A DNA stretch of 61,644 bases, the filler included. It is 7 parts of 7 records of this genome, joined end to end, with 100 filler letters (N's around TTAATTAATTAA, not from the genome) between each part and the next. Parts side by side here need not be neighbours in the genome. Positions count along the whole stretch, not along the records: positions 15,804 to 21,039 come from SRR31156797_32745; positions 21,140 to 40,122 come from SRR31156797_32807; 5 more parts are not named here. One strand, written 5' to 3'. Of this stretch, positions 20,442-30,203 are shown piece by piece. How positions within the stretch are numbered: the stretch's first letter is position 1; every line of letters starts with the position of its first letter. The notes beneath the pieces are model-generated. The model had not been told where the DNA came from, ran no database searches, and saw only the letters and a program-made list of their open reading frames with translations. The position numbers and the translations under genes are program-made.

Positions 20442-21039
20442 TTGAAGATCAGGTTAAAGTGGAAGTTGTTTTTCACCTATGTTTCTTTAGCTGTACTTTC
20501 AGTTGTGATAGTATCTTTCTTTCTTTTTGATGCGGTTAGAAACTTTCATATATTGGAATCAAAGAAAGAGCTGAGATCAACGGCTGTTCTTTTGGAAGAA
20601 CTATATTCAGGAAATTCAATAAAGTCAGGTTTTTCTCCGGATAAAATGTTCAAACAAATGGGACCTAAGATTGGGAAAAGATTAACACTTATTGCTACTG
20701 ATGGAGCGGTTCTGGCAGACTCTGAAAAAGAAATAACTACGATGGAAAATCACAAAGACAGACCTGAAATAATTGAATCAAAAACTATGGGTGTCGGTAC
20801 ATCGATCAGATACTCCAACACGTTAAAAAAGAATATGCTTTATGTCGCGATCCCATTTGTTGGAAGTGACGGGAAAAAAGCAACAATAAGAACATCTATT
20901 CCCCTTATTACGCTAACTGAAACGATGAAACCGGTGATCACTAAATTTGTAATCGCCAGTTTTTTTGCGGTTTTTATCGCGGCTTTTTTCTCACTGATAA
21001 TTTCGTTGATCATAAGTCGTCCTATTGGCAGGATCCAGA
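20442..21039 (+). CDS. phoR: PhoR-like sensor kinase, N-terminal part (truncated)
   Basis: TTG start behind AAGGAG; TM then MENHKDRPEI...RYSNTLKKNMLYVA sensor motif, then TM. Confidence 0.8.
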
Positions 21040-21139
21040 NNNNNNNNNNNNNNNNNNNNNNNNNNNNNNNNNNNNNNNNNNNNTTAATTAATTAANNNNN
21101 NNNNNNNNNNNNNNNNNNNNNNNNNNNNNNNNNNNNNNN
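21040..21139. other. Artificial contig spacer
   Basis: N44-TTAATTAATTAA-N44. Confidence 0.99.
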
Positions 21140-21629
21140 TCATCACCCGCTGGCGCATCCCCCCTGAAAGCTGGTGGGGATATTCCTTTGCCCGCTTTTC
21201 AGGGTATGGGATCTGGACTTTTCCGAGCATCTTGACACAATAATCATAGCTGTCTTTTTTTGACATCCGGTTATGCCTGAGAACCATTTCGGAAATCTGG
21301 TCCCGGATGGTCAGCAAAGGATTGAGGGAGGTCATGGGCTCCTGGAAAATCATGGAAATCCGGTTGCCCCTTATCTCCTGCATCTGTTTTTCTGTCAGGG
21401 TCCTCAGGTCGGTTCCGTCAAACAGGATTTCGCCGGAAACGATTTTCCCGGGCGGCCTTACAAGCCCCATGAGGGAAAGGGCCGTAACACTTTTTCCCGA
21501 CCCCGATTCTCCTACCACCCCCAGTACTTCCCCCTTTTTCATGGAAAGGGAAACGTTGTTGACGGCATGTGCGACACCGTCGAGAACATGAAACTGGGTT
21601 TTAAGGTTTTTTATTTCAAGGATATTCAA
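21140..21629 (-). CDS. Peptide/nickel ABC transporter ATPase, DppD/OppD-like (3' truncated)
   Basis: GESGSGKS, IFQEPMTSLNP, YPHQLSGGMRQRV. Confidence 0.95.
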
Positions 21630-21650
21630 AATAGAGACTCCGCCTGAGGA

Positions 21651-23240
21651 TTATTTTTGAAATACGACTTCGCCTGAAACAATGGTCATATCGACATTCC
21701 CGCCGATCCAGTCACTGGGCGGCGTTTGAAACAGGTTTCTGCTGAAAACCGTCATATCCGCGAATTTCCCGACACTCAACGTACCCGACACCGTTTCGGT
21801 GCCTGCCGTAATGGCGGGCTGGAGGGTAAATCCCCGAAGGATCTCCCCAAGGGTCAATTTCTGGTCCGGGAACCACCCGTTTTCCGGCTTACCGGAAGGG
21901 GTCTGTCTTGTATAGGCCGCATGGATGCCAAGCATGGGATCCGGACATTCCACCGGGGAATCCGAACCGAACTGGAGCGGGATTCCCATCTCCTGGATGG
22001 TCTTCCATGCATAGGCCCTTTCGCATCGTTCAAGGCCCCATTGCTTTTCCGCCAATTCCCAGTCCGTTGAGAGAAACACCGGCTGAACCGAGGCCAGGAT
22101 GCCAAGTTCCTTCATTTTTTTCAGATCGTCGTCCTTAAACAGCTGCACATGCTCTATACGGTCGCATTTGGTCAGCCCCGCCAGGTTTTTCGTTTTTTTT
22201 CTGGCCACGGCAATGGCATCCACGACATTACTCACCGCCTTGTCGCCAATGGCATGGATTGCGACATTGAACCCCAGGTCATAGGCATGGGTGATTTTTT
22301 CCACAAGCTCATCCGGGGTCAGGAAGGGAATACCGAATTGTCCGGGGTCGCTGGTATACGCTTCATGGGTCAATGCAGTGGAAGATCCAAGGGAACCGTC
22401 GGCAAACAGTTTACAATGGCCGTAGCAGAGCCTGTCGCAACGGGTTGTCTCCGGAATCCTGCGATCAACGGCTTTTTGCAGTTCTTCCTCGGGAAAGACC
22501 GTGTAAACCCGAAGCTTCAGAAGGTTCTCCCCATGGAGATCATGTACCGCCTGCCACTCGGGAATTCCCTCCATGGAATGAACGCCTGTAATTCCGTATT
22601 TCAACAATTCGTCCTGGGCCGCCAGGACCGCCTTTTTCATCTCGTCCCCGGTTAACGGCGGAATTTGATCGAAAATCATGTCAAGGGTTTCATAAATCAC
22701 CCCGTCCGGTTCCCCGGTTGAAAGGCGGCCGATCTTTCCGCCTGAGGGGGCGGTGGTGTCCTTTGTGATGCCGCAGATGTCAAGGGCCCTGGAGTTGATA
22801 ACGGCACTATGGCCGCAAACCCGGGTCATCATGACCGGATGATCCGGGGCGATTTCATCGAGATCAAACTTTGTGGGCCCTGTCTGATCCTGCCATTTAT
22901 AATTGTTCCATCCCCTGGCGATGATCCATTTCCCTGCCGGGGTCTTTGCCGCCGCCTCCCGGATCAATTCCTTACAGGCCTCCAGGGAGTCCGTCCCCTT
23001 CAGGTCGACCCGCTGCAAGTGAATTCCCAGGCTGACAAAATGAAGGTGGGAATCCACAAGTCCGGGGGTCACAAGCTTACCCGGAAGGTCCAGGATTCTT
23101 GTTTCCGGTGTTGCATGGCCCATCACATCGGTATTGCTGCCGATGACGGCGATTTTTCCGTCTTTGATTCCGATTGCCTCGGCATGGGGGTTTTCCGTAT
23201 CACCGGTGTAAATATCGGCTGATAAAATAATTAAATCCAA
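21651..23240 (-). CDS. YtcJ-like metal-dependent amidohydrolase (amidohydrolase 3 family)
   Basis: PGLVDSHLH, KLFADGSLG, HAIGD, RIEHVQ, FGSDSPV; TTG start at 23240 behind AAGGA. Confidence 0.92.
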   Translation of the reverse strand: MDLIILSADIYTGDTENPHAEAIGIKDGKIAVIGSNTDVMGHATPETRILDLPGKLVTPGLVDSHLHFVSLGIHLQRVDLKGTDSLEACKELIREAAAKTPAGKWIIARGWNNYKWQDQTGPTKFDLDEIAPDHPVMMTRVCGHSAVINSRALDICGITKDTTAPSGGKIGRLSTGEPDGVIYETLDMIFDQIPPLTGDEMKKAVLAAQDELLKYGITGVHSMEGIPEWQAVHDLHGENLLKLRVYTVFPEEELQKAVDRRIPETTRCDRLCYGHCKLFADGSLGSSTALTHEAYTSDPGQFGIPFLTPDELVEKITHAYDLGFNVAIHAIGDKAVSNVVDAIAVARKKTKNLAGLTKCDRIEHVQLFKDDDLKKMKELGILASVQPVFLSTDWELAEKQWGLERCERAYAWKTIQEMGIPLQFGSDSPVECPDPMLGIHAAYTRQTPSGKPENGWFPDQKLTLGEILRGFTLQPAITAGTETVSGTLSVGKFADMTVFSRNLFQTPPSDWIGGNVDMTIVSGEVVFQK

Positions 23241-23250
23241 AACTAATCCT

Positions 23251-24093
23251 TTACTTAATTTTTCCAACGGAGTGGGGATCAAGAATATCCCTGAGTCCGT
23301 CTCCGAACAGATTCAATCCAAGAACGGTTATAAAAATGGCAAGACCCGGAAATATGGATATCCATGGCGCCGTGAACATCTGCTCCCTTGCCGTTGCCAG
23401 CATGCCTCCCCAGCTGGGCGTCGGCGGCTGGGTGCCCAGCCCGAGAAAGGAGAGGGACGCTTCCAGGAGTATGGCCGATGCCACCCCCAGGGTGCCGATA
23501 ACAAGAATCGGCCCCAGGATATTCGGCAGTATCTGGGTGAACATGATTCTGATATCGCTGTATCCCAATGCTTTCGCCGCTTTCACATAATCGAGGGAAC
23601 GGGTAAAGAGAACCTGGGAACGGGTTATCCGGCAGGTATAGGACCAGTTTGTCATGCCAAGGGCAAAAAAGACATTGACCAGGCCGGGACCGATGAGGGC
23701 CATGATTGCCAGGGCAAATATCATTGAAGGAATTGAAAGCATGATATTGGTCAGCCCCATCACCAGGTCATCCCACCATTTTCCGAAATACCCGGCGGAA
23801 AGGCCGAGGATGATGCCGATGATGGTGTTCATGATCTGGGTGACGATGCCGATGCTCAAGGATATTCTGGAGCCGTAGATCACCCTTGACAGAATGTCCC
23901 TGCCCTGCTCGTCCGTGCCCATCAGATGGGCGGCCCCGGGCGGTTCCTCGGATACCATGAGGTCCGCGTCGTCCACCGGATGATAGGGGGATAACACCGG
24001 CGCCGCGATTGCCATGATAACAACAATGGCGGTGATGAGCCCGCCGATGATCAGGTTGGGCTGATTTTTGATTTTTAAGATGGTTTTATTCAT
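23251..24093 (-). CDS. ABC permease, DppC/OppC-like
   Basis: HLMGTDEQGRDILSRVIYGSRIS, EASLSFLGLG, GDGLRDILDP. Confidence 0.95.
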   Translation of the reverse strand: MNKTILKIKNQPNLIIGGLITAIVVIMAIAAPVLSPYHPVDDADLMVSEEPPGAAHLMGTDEQGRDILSRVIYGSRISLSIGIVTQIMNTIIGIILGLSAGYFGKWWDDLVMGLTNIMLSIPSMIFALAIMALIGPGLVNVFFALGMTNWSYTCRITRSQVLFTRSLDYVKAAKALGYSDIRIMFTQILPNILGPILVIGTLGVASAILLEASLSFLGLGTQPPTPSWGGMLATAREQMFTAPWISIFPGLAIFITVLGLNLFGDGLRDILDPHSVGKIK

Positions 24094-25025
24094 TATTTAT
24101 ACTGAATCCGTGGATCAATAATTACGTACATTAAATCGATAACAAGATTTACAATGAGAAAAACGCCGATAATCACGAGGACACAGCCCTGGGTCACGGG
24201 AATGTCCCTTTGAAAAATGGAATCAATCAGCAAAGAACCGATGCCGGGCCATGAAAAAAGCTTCTCGATGATGACGGTCTGCCCCACCAGGGAACCGAAC
24301 TGAAGCCCCACGGTTGTCAGGATCAGGATCATGGTATTGCCGAAGACATGCCTTTTGTTCACCACCCATTCGGAAATCCCCTTTGATCGGGCGGTACGAA
24401 TGTAATCCTCACTGAGGACTTCGATAACGGCCGCCCGGGCGGTTCTTGCAATGAGGGCCATATATCCCACACCGAGGGTCACGGCGGGCATGATCAGATT
24501 GACAAGACGGCCGTCTCCGTATCCCTGGGGCGGCAGCCACCCGAGAACCAGGGAAAACACATACATCAGGATCAGGCCGAGCCAGAATTGCGGAACCGAA
24601 ACACCGGAAACCGCCCCCACCATGGAGACGGTGTCTATCCATGTTCCCTGCTTCAATGCGGACAGAAAGCCCAGGGGAATGCCAAGGCCCACGGCAATGA
24701 TCAGGGCGGCAACGGAAACCTGGATTGTCGGTTTGAGCCGCTGGGAAATGAGATCGTTGACACTTTCGTTCCTGAGGTAGGATTTTCCCAGGTCGCCTTT
24801 TGCAAGGCCTTTGATATACTCAAGGTACCGGGTGTGCAGCGGTTTATCCAGCCCCAGCTGCTTTCTCATATTCTCCGCCGTCTGCGCATCGAGCTGGCGC
24901 TTCAATCCGCCCGACATGGTGGTTGCGTCACCGGGAAGGACATTCAGTATTACAAACATCATCAGAGAAATAAAAAATATGGTGGGGATAAACTGAAGGA
25001 ACCGTTTAACCACATATAAAGTCAT
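24093..25025 (-). CDS. ABC permease, DppB/OppB-like
   Basis: LPGD, DYIRTARSKG, EKLFSWPGIG, IDPRI. Confidence 0.95.
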   Translation of the reverse strand: MTLYVVKRFLQFIPTIFFISLMMFVILNVLPGDATTMSGGLKRQLDAQTAENMRKQLGLDKPLHTRYLEYIKGLAKGDLGKSYLRNESVNDLISQRLKPTIQVSVAALIIAVGLGIPLGFLSALKQGTWIDTVSMVGAVSGVSVPQFWLGLILMYVFSLVLGWLPPQGYGDGRLVNLIMPAVTLGVGYMALIARTARAAVIEVLSEDYIRTARSKGISEWVVNKRHVFGNTMILILTTVGLQFGSLVGQTVIIEKLFSWPGIGSLLIDSIFQRDIPVTQGCVLVIIGVFLIVNLVIDLMYVIIDPRIQYK

Positions 25026-25050
25026 GATAAACCTGCTGTTCAACGTTTTT

Positions 25051-25084
25051 GTTCCGCCCGGCTATGCGTCATGCCGGGCGGAAC
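25051..25084 (-). other. Intercistronic stem-loop after the binding-protein gene (likely mRNA-stabilising)
   Basis: 12-bp stem GTTCCGCCCGGC/GCCGGGCGGAAC with no U-tract on the coding strand. Confidence 0.6.
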
Positions 25085-25104
25085 GTTTGGATTTTTATAC
25101 GAAC

Positions 25105-26700
25105 TTATTTCCTAGGGGATTTCTCATCCACCCATACGCTTGTCAGATCCTGGTACATCAGCTCCACCGCCACCGGCTGCAGGCCGTGAACCCATGGCTG
25201 ATAGGCCATGACAGCTTTATTGTAGTTGTAGAACCATACCGGCGCATCTTCAATAAAGGTCTGATCCGCTTTTTTGAGATAATCCATTTTTTTATTTTCA
25301 TCCGTTTCCGCCCTGGCAAGATCCAGATAGCTGTCAAAGACTTCGCTCTGATATCCCATGTAGTTCCCGCCGGTTCTTTCGTTCACGGATTCCCAGCGGC
25401 TGAGGGCTGTCAGCGGGTCCGGGCCGGAATCAAGGGACCAGATCAGAGCCTGGAAATCGCCAGATTTCGCCCTTGCGGACATGGCCGCCCCTTCCATCCG
25501 GACGGGGACCACTTTTATGCCCACTTTTTTAAGCATGGGGATAAGGGCTTCAACGGCTTTCACGCCCCATGTGCCATTATCCGTTCCCAGGCACTCAAAG
25601 GTGAATCCATCGGGGTAACCGGCTTCCTTCAACAGCTGCTTTGCTTTTTCGGGATTATACTCATACCCCTTTGAATCGGCGCCAAAGGCAGGTGATGACG
25701 GCGGCAGGTACCCGACGGGGTCAACCGCTTTGCCCTTCAGCAGCTTTTTGTTGATCAGCTTTGCGTTGACGGCATAGTTGATCGCCTGCCGGACTTTTTT
25801 ATTCTTGAACGGCTCGTAATCCAGATTGAAGCAAACCACCCTTGTCCAGAGCTCCGCCACTTCGATCATGTTTTTGGCAATGGCGGGCGTTCCCCTGTAT
25901 TCAGGATAATTGACCGAACCAACCGTTGTGGCGTCCAGTTCCTTGACTTTAAAGGCAATGTCCCTGGAGGCCGCTTCCGGCATAATTTTATAGACGACTT
26001 TATCAAGGTAGGGTTTTCCGGCTTCATAATAACCGTCGAACTTCTCCAGTACGACCTCGGAACCCTTGACCCATTTCACAAATTTAAACGGACCGCATCC
26101 CACCGGATTGACACCGAAAGCGTCCCCGCGGTTTTCAACCGCCTCTTTGGGCAGAATGGCGATTTCCGGGGGATAAAAGGAAAAGCCGGGCTCAACGGGG
26201 TTTTTCAAGGTAATTTGAAGGGTGTAGTCATCGAGTTTTTTAAGCCCCTGGATGGTTGCGGCCTTTCCGCTTTCAAAATCCTCGGCCCCTTTGATGATAC
26301 GGATGTTCCTGACGCCGGAAGAGATCGTTGCCGGGGTCAGGATTCTCTCGTAGGACCAGATGATGTCATCGGCCGTCATGGTTCTGCCGTTATGGAATTT
26401 AACGTTTTTCTTCAATTCATAGGTATATGTCAGCCTGTCCGGTGAAACCTTGACCGAATCGGCGAGGGCAAGCACCGGCTTGCCCGCTTCCGCAGACCAT
26501 TTGTAAAGGGACCTGTGGATATTCATGATAACGATGTAGTCCTGGGTCCTGTTTGTCTTGTGCGGGTCCAGGGAAGAAAGGTCGCCGCCGTAAGGTGCTA
26601 TAAAGTTAAATTGCCCACCGCTTTTGGCAGCATTTGAGCTGCCGGGAAAAAAGCATAAACATGCAAACAGTAACACTAGTATAAAACGTGTTTTTTTCAT
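25105..26700 (-). CDS. ABC substrate-binding protein, family 5 (peptide/nickel type)
   Basis: Signal peptide MKKTRFILVLL...NA; SLDP, VKFHNG, GCGPFK, VRQAINYA. Confidence 0.95.
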   Translation of the reverse strand: MKKTRFILVLLFACLCFFPGSSNAAKSGGQFNFIAPYGGDLSSLDPHKTNRTQDYIVIMNIHRSLYKWSAEAGKPVLALADSVKVSPDRLTYTYELKKNVKFHNGRTMTADDIIWSYERILTPATISSGVRNIRIIKGAEDFESGKAATIQGLKKLDDYTLQITLKNPVEPGFSFYPPEIAILPKEAVENRGDAFGVNPVGCGPFKFVKWVKGSEVVLEKFDGYYEAGKPYLDKVVYKIMPEAASRDIAFKVKELDATTVGSVNYPEYRGTPAIAKNMIEVAELWTRVVCFNLDYEPFKNKKVRQAINYAVNAKLINKKLLKGKAVDPVGYLPPSSPAFGADSKGYEYNPEKAKQLLKEAGYPDGFTFECLGTDNGTWGVKAVEALIPMLKKVGIKVVPVRMEGAAMSARAKSGDFQALIWSLDSGPDPLTALSRWESVNERTGGNYMGYQSEVFDSYLDLARAETDENKKMDYLKKADQTFIEDAPVWFYNYNKAVMAYQPWVHGLQPVAVELMYQDLTSVWVDEKSPRK

Positions 26701-26932
26701 TATCCCTTCCTTTTTCATTTCGATTAAGTTTTTCCGACTACCCCATGTTGCAGATCGGCCTGTCAATGTTAACAAGTGTATATTGCATACCGACAATTTT
26801 GTCAAAATAAAACTGCAGATTCAATTCCTTCACCCGACAAAGCAACCCAACGCCCAGTCACTACTGGCTTTTCCAGCATCAAACGCCCTTCCATCCGCCT
26901 GTTATATGGACATTGTGAATCATATATGTTAT

Positions 26933-27002
26933 GTTAAGCTTCGGTTTTAATGTTAACATTCATCACCGTGTGTTAACATTTAATATTCAATACGTTAACA
27001 TT
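26933..27002. promoter_or_regulatory. Array of palindromic GTTAAC-core boxes in the divergent promoter region
   Basis: GTTAAC at 26952, 26972 and 26994, each followed by ATT; perfect AATGTTAACATT at 26949-26960; degenerate GTTAAG at 26933; another AATGTTAACA at 26765-26774. Confidence 0.7.
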
Positions 27003-27011
27003 GGGAACACT

Positions 27012-28178
27012 ATGACCGAAAAAGAAATCCAGGCGATAAAAACCAGGGAAGAGATTCATTCCATCCGCTCCTTAATTCAGAAGAATTCCCGCGATATCCT
27101 GTTGTTTGACCTCATCACCCAGACCGGCATCCCGGTAAAACACCTGCTTCAGGTTCGGGTGAATTCATTGAAAAATGTCGCGCCCGGAGAGGTCCTGGCA
27201 ATCCCTGTCCCTGAAACGGAAAAACATCACCGGATCAGGCTGACAAAAGATATTTTTGAATCCTTCCGGAATTATCTTGAAAAAGAACAGCCCGGGGACA
27301 ATGAATATATTTTCAAATCGAGAAAAGGTGACAAACCGTTAATGATCCAGAGTGTTTCCCGGTTGGTCAAAGGCTGGTTTGAAAAAGCCGGCTTCACGGA
27401 ACTGAACGGTGTATTATCCCTCCACAAGACATGGGAACTTCATTTTAAGGACCATAAGCCTGAAACACATAAAGTCGTGGATGACAACGGTCTCCATGAG
27501 ATTTCCTACAATTCCGTCCAGGATGAAGTTTATTCCCAGCTTCTCCAGGCAATCATTTCCACCCAGATAAAACCGGGTGAAAAAATCGTTACCGACAGAA
27601 TTGCAAAAAAAATGAATGTCAGCCGCATTCCCGTCCGGGAAGCATTGAAACGCCTTGAAACCAAAGGTCTTGTTTATACGTTGAAAAACAGGGGCCTTTT
27701 TGTCTCCGAATTATCCGTGGATACCATGCGAAAACTGGTTGAACTCAGACTCATAAATGAGAAAGCCGCGGTATACAATGCAACAAACCGGAGAGATGAA
27801 AAGCTGATTGAACTCCTTGAGCATATCCATCAAAAATATATTGAAGAGTGGGAAAAAGACAAACCCAACAGTTTGATTTTCCACGTCAACCGGGAGTTTC
27901 ATTTTGCCCTGTACCAGCATGCCGACAACCAGGTACTGATGGATATCATCAGCATGCTGTGGGATCGTTTTACTCCCTACTTATATGTAATGATCGACCA
28001 GACTGAGATCCTCAGCAACCAGATCGACATTGATTTCCATGAAGGCATGCTAAGCGGCGTACGTGAGAAAAATCCCCAGAAGGTTTTTAAATGGCTTGAA
28101 GCGGACATCTACGAAACCGTGCGGATTCTTGAGGAATATTTCCGATTGCTTGCCGTCACCCCCGAGCTTGCACCCTAG
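27012..28178 (+). CDS. Fusion of a degenerate tyrosine-recombinase-like domain to a GntR (wHTH + FCD) regulator
   Basis: aa 1-146 RDILLF..TGIP..YIFKSRKG.KPL..SLHKTW resembles integrase catalytic-domain proteins; aa ~168-232 VYSQLLQAI..PGEKI..VSRIPVREALKRL is a GntR HTH; NREFH and FHEGML mark the FCD. Confidence 0.85.
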   Translation: MTEKEIQAIKTREEIHSIRSLIQKNSRDILLFDLITQTGIPVKHLLQVRVNSLKNVAPGEVLAIPVPETEKHHRIRLTKDIFESFRNYLEKEQPGDNEYIFKSRKGDKPLMIQSVSRLVKGWFEKAGFTELNGVLSLHKTWELHFKDHKPETHKVVDDNGLHEISYNSVQDEVYSQLLQAIISTQIKPGEKIVTDRIAKKMNVSRIPVREALKRLETKGLVYTLKNRGLFVSELSVDTMRKLVELRLINEKAAVYNATNRRDEKLIELLEHIHQKYIEEWEKDKPNSLIFHVNREFHFALYQHADNQVLMDIISMLWDRFTPYLYVMIDQTEILSNQIDIDFHEGMLSGVREKNPQKVFKWLEADIYETVRILEEYFRLLAVTPELAP

Positions 28179-29410
28179 GCAGAATCAGGCCCCACGGTTT
28201 CAAGGAGGATCTGCTCCACAAGCGCCCCGGCGGACATTCGTTTTCTTGACAGACGCACACGTTCGTCCTGGAGAACCACCTCGGCAGGCATGGGCCGCAT
28301 GTTGTAAATCCCTCCCATGGAATAACAGTAGGCCCCTGCGTTCCGCACCAACAGCAGATCCCCTTCCCGGATGCGGCTCACCTCCCGCTGCTCGGCGAAC
28401 AGGTCCCCTGTTTCACAGATATTTCCGCAGATATCGCACACCATCTTCTCCCCTTCCGGGTTGGTCAGGTTTTCCACATGGTGATAGGCGTTGTAGAGTG
28501 TGGGCCTGATCAACTGGGGAAACCCCGAATTGGTGCCGCAGATCACCCTGCTCCGGTTGGTTTTGATGGTGTTGACCTCCATGATAAAGTACCCCGCATC
28601 GGAAACAAGATACTTGCCCGGCTCAAAGTAAAGGGAAATATCCCTTCCATAGTCTTTGCAGAACCCGGAGAACATCTCCGTAATCCTCACGCCCATGCCC
28701 TCATAATCAAAGGGCTCCTCGTCCGGCCGCACGGTAACCTTGAACCCGCCCCCGAAATCAAGGAATTCCAGATCGGGAAACCGCTCGGGCGTTGCCACGG
28801 CCATGATGTTTGCCATGCTTTTGAAAACCGATTCGCTCATCTGAAGCCCAGAACCGGTGTGTTCATGAAGCCCCCGGACCTTAAGGCCGTATCGTGACGC
28901 GATTTCCCCCACCCGATCGGCATCATCCAAAAGAATACCGAACTTGGTCAGGTCACCGCCGGTCATGATCTTTTCGTTCTCACCATCTTTGACGTCCGGA
29001 TTGAACCGGACACAGACATCGGAGCCGGGAAACAGCCGCCCATATTTTTCAAGGGTGGAAAGGGCGTCAATGTTCATGAGCACCCCTGTTTCATGGACCT
29101 CCCTCATTTCCGATTCCGTCATATTGTTGGCCGTATATATGATTCGTTCCAAAGGAAAACCCGCTTTGAGGGCCATGCGGATTTCAGCCGGACTTACAGC
29201 GTCAATGCCGGCCCCTTCCCGGTTCAAGGCCTGAAGCAGGTGAAAGTTGTAATTGGCCTTCATGGCGTAAAAAATCCCCAGGGAAGGCCATTGGATCAGC
29301 TGAAAAAGCCTGCGGTAATTATCCGCCACCCGGTCCAGATCGTAAAGGTAAAGGGGGGTGCCGTGCTCATCGGCTGCATCGATGAGGGTGGTGCGTATGG
29401 AATCATTCAT
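28175..29410 (-). CDS. lysA: Diaminopimelate decarboxylase
   Basis: YAMKAN (PLP Lys), HEHTGSG, DFGGG, EPGKY, ICETGD, GAY. Confidence 0.9.
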   Translation of the reverse strand: MNDSIRTTLIDAADEHGTPLYLYDLDRVADNYRRLFQLIQWPSLGIFYAMKANYNFHLLQALNREGAGIDAVSPAEIRMALKAGFPLERIIYTANNMTESEMREVHETGVLMNIDALSTLEKYGRLFPGSDVCVRFNPDVKDGENEKIMTGGDLTKFGILLDDADRVGEIASRYGLKVRGLHEHTGSGLQMSESVFKSMANIMAVATPERFPDLEFLDFGGGFKVTVRPDEEPFDYEGMGVRITEMFSGFCKDYGRDISLYFEPGKYLVSDAGYFIMEVNTIKTNRSRVICGTNSGFPQLIRPTLYNAYHHVENLTNPEGEKMVCDICGNICETGDLFAEQREVSRIREGDLLLVRNAGAYCYSMGGIYNMRPMPAEVVLQDERVRLSRKRMSAGALVEQILLETVGPDSA

Positions 29411-29582
29411 TCTCTTTCTCCTTATTTATACAGAATTTTGTTCCGAACTGAACCAATTCGAGAGAACTATATCCACGCGAATCTCCAATGTCAAGAACCA
29501 TATGCAGAAAAACATCATCATCAATGCACAATGTTTGGCAAAACCCAAAAATAGCCTGCGATTGTTCTACAGAATTCCGAGC

Positions 29583-29624
29583 AAAAAAAAGGGGGGACGC
29601 TTACAGGGAAGCGTCCCCCCTTTT
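29583..29624 (-). terminator. Intrinsic terminator after rfbC (potentially bidirectional)
   Basis: AAAAGGGGGGACGCTT-N6-AAGCGTCCCCCCTTTT with A8 on the plus strand (U8 on minus). Confidence 0.9.
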
Positions 29625-29645
29625 GAATTTAAGGCCTGATGCTGT

Positions 29646-30203
29646 TTACAGGGTTGGCAGCAGGTCGGGATCCGCCTGGTTCAGCAGGGGATAAAGCTTA
29701 TCCTTGTCGGAAGAGATGGGAGTCTCCACCTGCCAGTCGATGTTCAGGCCGGGATCGCTGAAAAGAATCCCGTATTCATCGCCGGGGTTGTAGTAGTCGG
29801 AGCATTTGTAGGTCACATCCGCAGTCTCGCTCAACACGGAAAAACCGTGGGCGAATCCTTCGGGGATGTAGATCTGTCGCCGGTTCTCCTCGGAGAGGAT
29901 GTGCCCGGTCCACTGGCCGAATGTTTTCGAATCCCGACGGATATCCACGGCCACATCATATATGGTGCCCCGGACGGCATAGACAAGCTTTGCCTGGGGA
30001 CATCTGAGCTGATAATGGAGCCCCCGGACGACCCCTTTTTCGGATCTGGAGTGATTGTCCTGGACAAAAACCGGTGGTACGCCATTTGCGGCATACCGCT
30101 CATATTGAAAGGTTTCCAGAAAAAAACCCCTTGAATCTTTGAACACGTCGGGCTCTATGAGGATGACCCCCTCGAGGCCGGTTTCCAAAAAACGGGTTCC
30201 CAT
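29646..30203 (-). CDS. rfbC: dTDP-4-dehydrorhamnose 3,5-epimerase
   Basis: DSRGFF, QDNHS, RGLHYQ, GFAHGF. Confidence 0.97.
   Translation of the reverse strand: MGTRFLETGLEGVILIEPDVFKDSRGFFLETFQYERYAANGVPPVFVQDNHSRSEKGVVRGLHYQLRCPQAKLVYAVRGTIYDVAVDIRRDSKTFGQWTGHILSEENRRQIYIPEGFAHGFSVLSETADVTYKCSDYYNPGDEYGILFSDPGLNIDWQVETPISSDKDKLYPLLNQADPDLLPTL

Noticed and set aside
26933-27002. Regularly spaced repeats as a mini CRISPR array or integrase att sites
   Set aside because: The units are only ~10-12 bp with ~10-bp gaps, no cas genes are present, and the adjacent integrase-like domain lacks its catalytic residues; operators fit better
27012-27450. Active integrase or mobile element boundary
   Set aside because: Catalytic Arg, His-x-x-Arg and Tyr are absent, and there is no tRNA, att duplication or phage gene nearby
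28175-28178. Convergent stop codons sharing CTAG (regulator and lysA)
   Set aside because: A common compact arrangement with no evidence of regulatory significance
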